This document shows positions 1-7,495 of a stretch of DNA of 64,000 nucleotides, piece by piece (position 1 is the stretch's first letter; the number at the start of each line of letters is the position of its first letter). This DNA comes from Candidatus Peregrinibacteria bacterium (GTDB taxonomy: Bacteria; Patescibacteriota; Gracilibacteria; UBA1369; LOWO2-01-FULL-3): positions 6,814 to 70,813 of the forward strand of contig JAUYJL010000010.1 in the NCBI GenBank assembly GCA_030688025.1, in the 5' to 3' direction. The translations under genes and the position numbers were made by a program. The notes beneath the pieces are model-generated. The model was not told where the DNA came from and searched no databases. It was given only the letters and a program-made list of their open reading frames with translations.

Positions 1-1
1 A

Positions 2-856
2 AGACTCACATGCAAAGGAGTAACAGAATATACGGAAATCCCAACAATGATAGAATACATTATTCAAAAATTGAAACACCAACTTGGATATGACGTTGAT
101 TGTGAATTTACCGTTCAGTACAACGGAAAGACTCAAAAATGGGATCTAAAATTGGTGCAATGTCGTCCGCAAAATATTCCGGAAAACATGAAGCCATCAA
201 GGATGCCGGAAAGTGTTAAAAAAGAAAGAGTTGTTCTCGAGCACATGGAAGCCATGAACGCAACTTCATGCAAAAATATTACGCATCTCTTGTACATTGA
301 TCCGGAAATATTCAGTAAACTTCCTGCGCAACATCGTTACGGAGTTAGTGCTTATGTAAATCAGGTAAATAAATTATTCGCGAAAGGGAAATATTTGATT
401 TTGACGCCACTAAGATGGGGATCACAGGAGGAAGCCTCCGGATTGAGAGCTAGTTTTGCAGACTTCTCTCATGCGGCAGGATATATGGAAATTTTTGATA
501 AAGGAGATATATCATGTTCATGGGGAACTCATTTCCTACAAGACACGATGGATGCGCAAATGGCAACCGGCGCATTCGAAGGGGCGGGAGTAAATTACGA
601 TTTCCTAAGAAATGCTCCTCACTCACAAAGTGTCGAAACCAAGCAATGTCCGCAAGACGTCCCTGAAGTACCAGAAGTCCTACGGCCATTTATAAAAATA
701 ATCGATATAAATAGTGCCTACGGAGAGGAGGGGGAAGAGTCAAAAGGCAAATGGGTCGCACACATTGCACAAGACAATACCGGCACGGGGGACGAAAGAC
801 CTTCCCACGTCTACATCGCGAAAGAAAACCAAGACCTTCCGGTGGAGGTAGAATAA
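2..856 (+). CDS. PEP/pyruvate-binding (PPDK/PEP-synthase-like) domain protein, 5'-partial
   Basis: Frame is open from position 2. DCEF...LVQCRPQ resembles the D(I/V)EF...Q.RP motif; later RWGS and SWGTHF segments fit this family. Confidence 0.6.
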   Translation, partial: RLTCKGVTEYTEIPTMIEYIIQKLKHQLGYDVDCEFTVQYNGKTQKWDLKLVQCRPQNIPENMKPSRMPESVKKERVVLEHMEAMNATSCKNITHLLYIDPEIFSKLPAQHRYGVSAYVNQVNKLFAKGKYLILTPLRWGSQEEASGLRASFADFSHAAGYMEIFDKGDISCSWGTHFLQDTMDAQMATGAFEGAGVNYDFLRNAPHSQSVETKQCPQDVPEVPEVLRPFIKIIDINSAYGEEGEESKGKWVAHIAQDNTGTGDERPSHVYIAKENQDLPVEVE

Positions 857-920
857 TTCCGACTGGTCTTGAAAATATAAAAGGGTTAAAATCTTTACAA
901 GTATTTTCTATATACCTTTT

Positions 921-2267
921 ATGTCAAAGGGAGTTCAATATTACGTCCAAGAAGCAAACGAGGCTCAAAAACGAGTAACGGAATATAGGCAAACGGTAAA
1001 ATCTTGGAAATTCGACACAATCGCAGTGCACGGGATGTATTCATTGGAAGAGACATTAGCGAATCAAGGCTCAATCGCGGAGCCTATTTTTGTTTCAACA
1101 TCTCAGGCTTATAGAGATTCAGACGAAATGGAAGCCGGACTTTCTTATCAAATGCCAACTTGGGCATATTCACGAATTCATAATCCTACGGTTTACTACC
1201 TCGAAGAAACTTTGGCGCTTCTCGAAACATATAGCACAGATTTAGACGCCTCAGCGTTATGCACTTCTTCCGGAATGTCGGCAATAAAACAAGCAATCGA
1301 ACCATTTCTAGAAAAAAAAGACGACAAACCGATAAATTTCGTCACACCTTCACAAATCTATGGCGGAACATATCAGCTTTTTAACGTAAGGATGCCGGAA
1401 AGAGGAGCTGTCCCACACTGGGTCGAAGATCCATCCGACATCGAGACATGGAAGGATCAGATCGACGAAAACACTCGGTTTTTGTACGCTGAAATGCCGA
1501 CAAATCCACAACAAAGTTGTTTTGATATTGAAGAAGTGGCAAAGTTGGCACACGAACATGGAATTCCACTGATAGTGGATTCAACAATCTCAACTCCCGC
1601 GCTCTTAAGGCCAATTCAATTTGGCGCGGATATAGTCGGGCATTCTCTTACAAAAACGATTGGCTCAAGTGGCAGCGCAATTGGCGGCGCAATCATCGCA
1701 CGCCATAATTTAACCAGCAAACACCTCACAGACGAACAAAAAGGAAATTATGCAGTTTGGCTCAAGCTTTTGCCGTTTCGTGACAGTGGCCCATGCATGT
1801 CGCCGTATAGCGCATATGTTTTTTTAAACGAAATAAAAACGCTTCGAATAAGGATGAAACATTATTCGGAAAATGCGATGGAAGTGGTGAGGTTTTTGAA
1901 AAATCATCCGAAAATTGAAAAAATTGATTATCTTGGTGTGGAAGATCACAAGAACCACAATCTTGCGAAAAAATATATGAAACTTGTGGATTCGGATACG
2001 CCTATGTTTGGACATTTGATGTCTATTTATATAAAAGGGGACTCATCAAACACTCGCGCGTTTTTCGACAAACTAAATCTTTTCCGCCGCGCCACAGACC
2101 TAGGTCGCACAAAATCAATCGCAACAATCTGCGCAATATCCACACATCTACAGCAAGGAGAAGAGGGGCAAAAGAAGGCCGGAATTCCTCAAAATCTAGT
2201 CCGTCTCTGCATCGGAGGTGAAGATTCACAGGACATAATCAACGACCTCAAGCAAGCTTTGGAATAG
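921..2267 (+). CDS. Cys/Met metabolism PLP-dependent enzyme (O-acetylhomoserine sulfhydrylase-like)
   Basis: YSRIHNPT, SSGMSAI, YGGT, VDSTISTP, HSLTK (PLP lysine), LVRLCIGGE motifs. Confidence 0.9.
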   Translation: MSKGVQYYVQEANEAQKRVTEYRQTVKSWKFDTIAVHGMYSLEETLANQGSIAEPIFVSTSQAYRDSDEMEAGLSYQMPTWAYSRIHNPTVYYLEETLALLETYSTDLDASALCTSSGMSAIKQAIEPFLEKKDDKPINFVTPSQIYGGTYQLFNVRMPERGAVPHWVEDPSDIETWKDQIDENTRFLYAEMPTNPQQSCFDIEEVAKLAHEHGIPLIVDSTISTPALLRPIQFGADIVGHSLTKTIGSSGSAIGGAIIARHNLTSKHLTDEQKGNYAVWLKLLPFRDSGPCMSPYSAYVFLNEIKTLRIRMKHYSENAMEVVRFLKNHPKIEKIDYLGVEDHKNHNLAKKYMKLVDSDTPMFGHLMSIYIKGDSSNTRAFFDKLNLFRRATDLGRTKSIATICAISTHLQQGEEGQKKAGIPQNLVRLCIGGEDSQDIINDLKQALE

Positions 2268-2281
2268 TAACATTTTCTTTA

Positions 2282-2884
2282 TTATTGAATAGTAATCCAG
2301 AATCCCATTTCTCCGCGATTTCTTCTATATGTTACTGCTGACTTTATATTTATCACGATTCCTTTTGAAGCAAGCATTCCAGGCAGTCTCCGTATGATTT
2401 CCTCTATCTTTTCCGGAGTGAGGTCAATATTGTCATCAGATTCCATAAGAAGCATTTCGTATATTTCATTTATTGAAAGCCTTTTTTCTTTAATTTGTGT
2501 CGTCAGGATAAGAATTTTCGCAACCTTGGTTACGTCAGAAGAATTGCTAAACATTGTTCTTATCGCATTGAATACGCTTATTCTTGTTCGGACGCGTTTC
2601 ACTTTTGGTTGTTCCGGAGGAGTAGGGTCTGCCTCTGGAATTTTTCTGGCCTGCATATCTTCAAGTTCTTTATCTAACGCTCTGCGTGTTTGAAGGGCTA
2701 TTTCTGCCTCTTTTTTATCAGTTAGAGGCTTCGCCTCCGCAGGCGGCACTACTTCCATCACAGCCAATGCTCCTTCAGCTGTTAGCGTCCCATCTTCCAC
2801 CATTTGCCTTAACTCTGCATGTTCTTCCGCTAAAAGTTGAGGGGGGATGATTATTCTTTTTAATTGTATACCTTCTGATGCCAT
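2282..2884 (-). CDS. Hypothetical protein, possible C-terminal OmpR-like winged helix
   Basis: 200-aa ORF with upstream TTTACT-17-TAGAAT promoter. C-terminal LSINEIYEML...IIRRL...RGEMGFWI loosely resembles a wHTH. Confidence 0.55.
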   Translation of the reverse strand: MASEGIQLKRIIIPPQLLAEEHAELRQMVEDGTLTAEGALAVMEVVPPAEAKPLTDKKEAEIALQTRRALDKELEDMQARKIPEADPTPPEQPKVKRVRTRISVFNAIRTMFSNSSDVTKVAKILILTTQIKEKRLSINEIYEMLLMESDDNIDLTPEKIEEIIRRLPGMLASKGIVINIKSAVTYRRNRGEMGFWITIQ

Positions 2885-2942
2885 TTTAACTTTAAAATAA
2901 GAACATATTCTAATGTATTTGACTTAGAAAGTAAAATATTCT

Positions 2943-2987
2943 CAGAAAAAAGCTGCCGAACCTTTCAGGCTCGCCAGCTTTTTTCTG
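2943..2987 (-). terminator. Intrinsic terminator, probably the original tRNA-His terminator displaced by integration
   Basis: CAGAAAAAAGCTG...CAGCTTTTTTCTG perfect 13-bp inverted repeat with inner stem, abutting the duplicated tRNA 3' end. Confidence 0.7.
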
Positions 2988-3170
2988 GGGTGAGTTAATA
3001 ATACTGGTACAGTTAAATTACGGTAATGTAAGGGATTAATTGCTACGATGCATGGGTTGGATAAACCTATTTTCACAATATCCAACCTATCTAAATTACA
3101 GTAAGAGTTCTCTATATTTAAAATTCTCTTCTAAATGTTAATTCATTATGCTAATTTTTAACAAATACCA

Positions 3171-4259
3171 ATGAACGATCCTCAAATGTTTAATCCAAAA
3201 AAACCGAACAATCAGCTTCCACTACTACCAACAGACTTCAATTACGACAACGTGGCCATTCTGAAGCAAGTGAATCTTTCGAACATTGCCTTAGCGAAAG
3301 TTAATGCACTTGCCGGTCGCTTGCCTGATAGCATCTTGCTAGTTAGCCCGTTATTAGTGCGTGAATCTGTAGCTAGTAGCCAAATAGAAAATATAAATAC
3401 TACGGTGTTTGAAGTCTTTGAGGCCGAAGTTATGTCAGAAAAGAAAAAAGGCCCTGCCAAAGAAGTTTTAAACTATCGTGATGCCATCTTCGCAGGTTTA
3501 GATTTAGTGAAAAAACGTGGCATTTTAACCACTAACGATTTCGTAAAAATTCAATCCATCGTTGAACCAAACAAACATGGCATTCGTAAACTAGGGGTTA
3601 AAATAATGAATGATTTAACCAAAGAAATCCTTTACACGCCACCAGAAGGAGAAACCCATATTAGGGATTTTTTAGCTAACGTTGAGGAATTTATAAACAA
3701 GGATGATGACGGAATTGACCCATTAGTAAAGTCAGCCGTTTTTCATTACCAGTTTGAGTCCATTCATCCATTCCTTGATGGGAACGGACGTGTTGGCAGA
3801 ATTCTAATCATACTATATCTCATCATGGCGAAACGGCTGGATTTACCAGTCTTATTTCTCAGTGGATATATTATGAAACACAAGAAGTCTTACTATGAAT
3901 GCCTTCACAAGGCCAATTCTAAAGGCGATTTGCTTGATGTCATAATGTTTATGTTGAGAGCTATTGAAGAGCAAGCAGAAGCTACGGTGATAACGATACA
4001 AAAGATCGAAGTTTTAATGAATAAGTTTAAATCCGTTCTTGCCAAGAAAACTGTTTTTTACAGCCACGAGTTGATTCAGCTGTTGTTCTCCAAGCCATTC
4101 ATGACAATAGACTATCTACAGGGGAATATGGGCTTCTCAGCACGTCAAACGGCTTCAAAGTATTTAACCGAAATGGTAAAACTTGGATTGTTTCAGTCTA
4201 AAAAAATAGGGAAGTCCAAATTCTTTTACTCTAAAGAATTTCTAAAACTATTGTCGTAA
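3171..4259 (+). CDS. Fic family AMPylase (class II, N-terminal inhibitory helix, probable C-terminal wHTH)
   Basis: HPFLDGNGRVGR catalytic motif; SSQIEN matches the (S/T)xxxE(G/N) inhibitory motif. Confidence 0.93.
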   Translation: MNDPQMFNPKKPNNQLPLLPTDFNYDNVAILKQVNLSNIALAKVNALAGRLPDSILLVSPLLVRESVASSQIENINTTVFEVFEAEVMSEKKKGPAKEVLNYRDAIFAGLDLVKKRGILTTNDFVKIQSIVEPNKHGIRKLGVKIMNDLTKEILYTPPEGETHIRDFLANVEEFINKDDDGIDPLVKSAVFHYQFESIHPFLDGNGRVGRILIILYLIMAKRLDLPVLFLSGYIMKHKKSYYECLHKANSKGDLLDVIMFMLRAIEEQAEATVITIQKIEVLMNKFKSVLAKKTVFYSHELIQLLFSKPFMTIDYLQGNMGFSARQTASKYLTEMVKLGLFQSKKIGKSKFFYSKEFLKLLS

Positions 4260-4263
4260 GTCA

Positions 4264-4360
4264 TGTTAACTCAATTAACACGAAAGTGTTTACATGTTAA
4301 TTGTAACCACGTATAATTAACACGTACTGGCCAATATGTTAATCCAATTAACATATTGGC
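4264..4360. repeat. Cluster of TGTTAA/TTAACA inverted motifs
   Basis: TGTTAA-N5-TTAACA at 4264-4280 and 4337-4353; perfect 14-bp inverted repeat 4330-4343/4347-4360; extra half-sites at 4295 and 4317. Confidence 0.75.
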
Positions 4361-4466
4361 AATCCTGCTCGCAAGAGTCTCAACCGAAGAACAAGACACG
4401 GAAGAACCATTTAACGAAAGAACGATGTATCTTTGTAGCTTGTCGTTCCAAAAACGGCTTCCGTAA
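4356..4466 (+). pseudogene. Serine recombinase/integrase N-terminal remnant
   Basis: Translates LAILLARVSTEEQD..., the RVST.EQ catalytic-serine motif, then stops after 36 codons. Confidence 0.65.
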
Positions 4467-4475
4467 GCCGTAAAA
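4451..4475 (-). terminator. Terminator downstream of tRNA-His
   Basis: ACGGCTT-ccgt-AAGCCGT hairpin with a U-run on the minus strand. Confidence 0.7.
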
Positions 4476-4479
4476 TCAA

Positions 4480-4557
4480 TGGGGTGAGTGATGGGGCTCG
4501 AACCCACGACCCTCTGGACCACAACCAGATGCTCTAACCAGCTGAGCTACACTCACC
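4480..4557 (-). tRNA. tRNA-His(GTG)
   Basis: Cloverleaf with G-1, acceptor GTGAGTG/CACTCAC, C73, encoded CCA, anticodon loop TTGTGGT, GGTTCGAGCC T arm; promoter TTGTGT-17-TAAGAT at 4609-4581. Confidence 0.97.
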
Positions 4558-4619
4558 ACGTGCGTTTCAACGCAAAAACAATCTTAAACATTGCGGCAGG
4601 AAAACACAAGTGAATCAGT

Positions 4620-4736
4620 GAACTATTTTAAGATGTCAGGCTCGAGGCTGGAGAAAATTTTGACCGCAGTGTGCTATAAGTACATGAGGATCAAAATTTT
4701 CCGACAACAAAGAGAATGGCATCTTTAAACTAGTCC
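4620..4736. repeat. MITE/REP-like nested palindromic element
   Basis: Terminal imperfect IR GAACTATTTTAAGATGTCA / TGGCATCTTTAAACTAGTCC and inner IR GAAAATTTTGA / TCAAAATTTTC; no ORF. Confidence 0.6.
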
Positions 4737-4853
4737 AAAAAAGAAAAACTCCTCCCACTTGGGGAAGAGCTTCTTAACAGACTTAGGAGTACCAACGCCC
4801 TAGAAAAGCCTTAATATCCTAACCTATCAAATGAATCGCCGAGGCGACTCAAC
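4737..4853 (-). ncRNA. Putative ~115-nt structured sRNA, family unknown
   Basis: TTGCAT-16-TATAAT promoter (4887-4860), 5' hairpin, long central rod with G:U pairs, terminator plus U-tract. Confidence 0.55.
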
Positions 4854-4952
4854 AAACGAATTATACGTACTCTGTGAAAAAATGCAAGAGAATTATTATT
4901 TCAACAATAAACAAGTATCAATCTTATCCCAAAAAACAGAACTATTCCCGTA

Positions 4953-4982
4953 TTGACAATGTCACTACGCACCTGCTATAAT
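4953..4982 (+). promoter_or_regulatory. Sigma70 promoter of the RelB/RelE operon
   Basis: TTGACA-18-TATAAT with TGn extended -10. Confidence 0.75.
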
Positions 4983-5016
4983 GGAAACAGTTTTAAATTT
5001 AATTAATCAAATTTTT

Positions 5017-5298
5017 ATGTCTACAATTCAGGTACGTATCGACGAAAAAACGAAAAAATCTGCAAAAAAAGTGTTGGACAGTATCGGCATGGACATGAGT
5101 AGTGCCGTGAAAATCTATTTTAAACAAATCATTCTTACTCGAGGAATTCCGTTCCAGGTTTTGACCGAAAACGGGCTTACCCTAGAGCAGGAGAGGGAGA
5201 TATTGAAAGCTTCTGATGAGGCGAAAAGGGGGATAAATGTAAGCGGGCCTTTTGAAACCGCAGCAGAACTAAAAGCTCATTTAGACAGCCTGAAATGA
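5017..5298 (+). CDS. RelB/DinJ family antitoxin
   Basis: MSTIQVRIDEKTKK...GMDMSSAVKIYFKQI...GIPF. The ATG at 4981 lies in the -10 box, so 5017 is preferred. Confidence 0.9.
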   Translation: MSTIQVRIDEKTKKSAKKVLDSIGMDMSSAVKIYFKQIILTRGIPFQVLTENGLTLEQEREILKASDEAKRGINVSGPFETAAELKAHLDSLK

Positions 5299-5555
5299 TT
5301 TTAAAATTACACAAACAATTCAATAAATCGTATGAAAAGCTGACTCCGAAATTGAAGCAAAAAGCGGATTTCGTAATGCAGTGTTTTCGCTTAAATCCCC
5401 TCGATCCATCATTGCAAAATCATCCACTCCACGGCGAAATGTCCGGCAAACGGGCAATCTCGGTCACGGGGGACGTTCGCATAATCTTCGAAGAACACGA
5501 CGACTACATTTTGGTCATCATGTTGGATATCGGCACTCACAATCAGGTTTACTGA
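5295..5555 (+). CDS. RelE/YafQ family mRNA interferase toxin
   Basis: LQNHPLHG...RAISVTGDVRIIF...DIGTHNQVY; ATGA overlap with the antitoxin. Confidence 0.9.
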   Translation: MILKLHKQFNKSYEKLTPKLKQKADFVMQCFRLNPLDPSLQNHPLHGEMSGKRAISVTGDVRIIFEEHDDYILVIMLDIGTHNQVY

Positions 5556-5602
5556 TAAAACGAAAACAGCAAAAAACGTGATCTGTCTTCCACAAAGCCC
5601 GC

Positions 5603-5860
5603 CTATTTCTTGTATTTATTGATCTCTATCTGAGCCAATTTTTCCGCCATCACTTTGTATTTTAATTCGACTCTTTGTCTTTTTTTATCATTTTTTTCGA
5701 GTGCGGTTTTTTCTTCAATAAATGTGTCAAAAAGCGCATCCACTTGCGCTTCCTCCATTACAGGTAAAAGCGTCTCGACCATAGTTTTTGTATGCTGGTC
5801 GATTGTAGAAGTTTTGAGTAGGCCAACGATTCTATTTTTTTTATTTGCGAGTGTATTCAT
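5603..5860 (-). CDS. Small hypothetical protein
   Basis: Helical 85-aa ORF (MNTLANKK...), last gene of the minus-strand cluster. Confidence 0.6.
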   Translation of the reverse strand: MNTLANKKNRIVGLLKTSTIDQHTKTMVETLLPVMEEAQVDALFDTFIEEKTALEKNDKKRQRVELKYKVMAEKLAQIEINKYKK

Positions 5861-5882
5861 AGAGTGGGGGAGTAATGTACCA

Positions 5883-6899
5883 TCACGCGACATTCGCCGC
5901 GCCTTCTGTTTTTCCTGTAAAAATTCCGATCATTCTATCAAGATCATTCGCATCAACAAGTGAAACAAGTTCCGCGAGTTGATTAGTCGTCAATTGATCA
6001 GGTTTTTTTTGAATCATGTCGTGAACAAAATCTACGATTTTGGAGATGCTGTCCTCAGATGTGGACGGGAAAATACATTTTTTATACTGCAGAGAAATCT
6101 GTTTTTTTTCATCATCAGTCAAAGACTCTTTTTGAAAAAGCTTCATCGTATCCATAAATACAGACTTGACGGCACTGCCCTTCCCTCCGACAAGGCTTGA
6201 TAGACCTCCGATCACATCAATTTCAATATCAATCCCAAACGCTTCAGCCAATGCTTTTGCTTTTAATCGATCAGATGAAAAGTCCGGCTTCAAAACCTTC
6301 AAAACCGAAGTCTTCAAAAGTCCCACTATAGGATATTCCGAGCTATCAGACGCTTTTGAAATCTGTGCAAGTGCGGCCGCAAGTTTGTCTTTGTCAGGAT
6401 ATTTGATTTTCAACGCTTTCAATGTAGAAAGCGCGGTCGCCGCAACTGCCTTAAATTCATCAAGGTCGAGCCGATCCGTCGAACCTTCTTTTGCGGCTTT
6501 TGTGAGTTTATCCAAGCCTTTTCCGGCGTGTATTTGTTGCTCGGGACTTAAAGCTTTTTTTGATGTAACTCCCAGAACAAGAGCTTCTTTATATGCATCC
6601 GCATCAGCTTTTTCCACTTTTGTTTCATCAAGTTTCACAGCCGTAGTCGCATCTTTAATAACTTCTTCGGTAGTTTTTTTCGCGGCATCTTGCGCCTCTT
6701 TCGAGATGTCTCCTTTTTCTCCAGCAAGCTTAGCCATCTCTTCCGAAAATTTACTGAAAAATATCCCAATTTTATCCATCCAACCCTTGTCCTTCGACTC
6801 ACTCGCCGCCTTCCACGCCTCTGAAAAAGATGGTCCAAATTTCTTAATAAAATCCATTGGATTACCTATTGCTTCTTTAATGGTGTCGAGTCCGAGCAT
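5883..6899 (-). CDS. Hypothetical alpha-helical protein
   Basis: 338-aa Lys/Ala-rich ORF; no recognisable motif. Confidence 0.75.
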   Translation of the reverse strand: MLGLDTIKEAIGNPMDFIKKFGPSFSEAWKAASESKDKGWMDKIGIFFSKFSEEMAKLAGEKGDISKEAQDAAKKTTEEVIKDATTAVKLDETKVEKADADAYKEALVLGVTSKKALSPEQQIHAGKGLDKLTKAAKEGSTDRLDLDEFKAVAATALSTLKALKIKYPDKDKLAAALAQISKASDSSEYPIVGLLKTSVLKVLKPDFSSDRLKAKALAEAFGIDIEIDVIGGLSSLVGGKGSAVKSVFMDTMKLFQKESLTDDEKKQISLQYKKCIFPSTSEDSISKIVDFVHDMIQKKPDQLTTNQLAELVSLVDANDLDRMIGIFTGKTEGAANVA

Positions 6900-6911
6900 G
6901 GGATGAGGAGA

Positions 6912-7445
6912 TTAAAAGTCTGTTGCTTCTTCATATTCCCCCCCAAAAGGCTGTCTTTTAGCAGGCGCAGGTTGACTATTAAAAACAGGAGCTACATTAG
7001 GATCAGGCAGAGAAGTGTCTGCTTTACTTGGATCAATTGTAGAAGCAGTTCCGCCTTGTCTTGCAGCGGCCTCTGCGGCCACAGCATCAGCAGGTTCGGC
7101 GCTCCGAACTGGAACAGGCTGCCCATTTGGACCGATAATATATCTCGCAGCTGCGACCCTTGCGGTCGACTCAACCCTCGCTTTTAAATTTCCTTCTCTA
7201 GACAAAGCACCATTTAAATCACCACGACAGGCCACAAGGTCTTGATCAGCAGAATCTTTTCCCACAAAATACCCTCCGCCAGCCGCCCCTAGAGCGACCA
7301 AAAGAAGAAACAGTCTATTGGCAGTAGTTCTGCTTATCGTCACAACAAGCTTATCATTTGATCGAGGCTTGCCAACAGAGGGACGACCAACATCTGGCTC
7401 ACCATCCCTACCACGAGAGTCTAAATTTGAATCTGGCCTGACCAT
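6912..7445 (-). CDS. Hypothetical single-pass membrane protein
   Basis: TM segment LFLLLVALGAAGGGYFVG, short coiled coil, Pro/Ala-rich tail. Confidence 0.7.
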   Translation of the reverse strand: MVRPDSNLDSRGRDGEPDVGRPSVGKPRSNDKLVVTISRTTANRLFLLLVALGAAGGGYFVGKDSADQDLVACRGDLNGALSREGNLKARVESTARVAAARYIIGPNGQPVPVRSAEPADAVAAEAAARQGGTASTIDPSKADTSLPDPNVAPVFNSQPAPAKRQPFGGEYEEATDF

Positions 7446-7495
7446 GAGTACATGTTACTACAGAATTAACGGAATATTCAAGTTCATCGATCAAA

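Larger units (their letters stand above)
2986..4489. mobile_element. Decayed integrative islet at the tRNA-His 3' end (Fic cargo plus serine-recombinase remnant)
   Basis: Direct repeat TGGGGTGAGT at 2986-2995 and 4480-4489 equals the tRNA-His 3' end; recombinase remnant at 4356-4466. Confidence 0.7.

Noticed and set aside
4271-4522. 83-aa minus-strand ORF
   Set aside because: Overlaps tRNA-His and its terminator; spurious.
6166-6906. 246-aa plus-strand ORF and the many other antisense ORFs over long genes
   Set aside because: Ser/Phe-rich shadow frames of real genes on the opposite strand.
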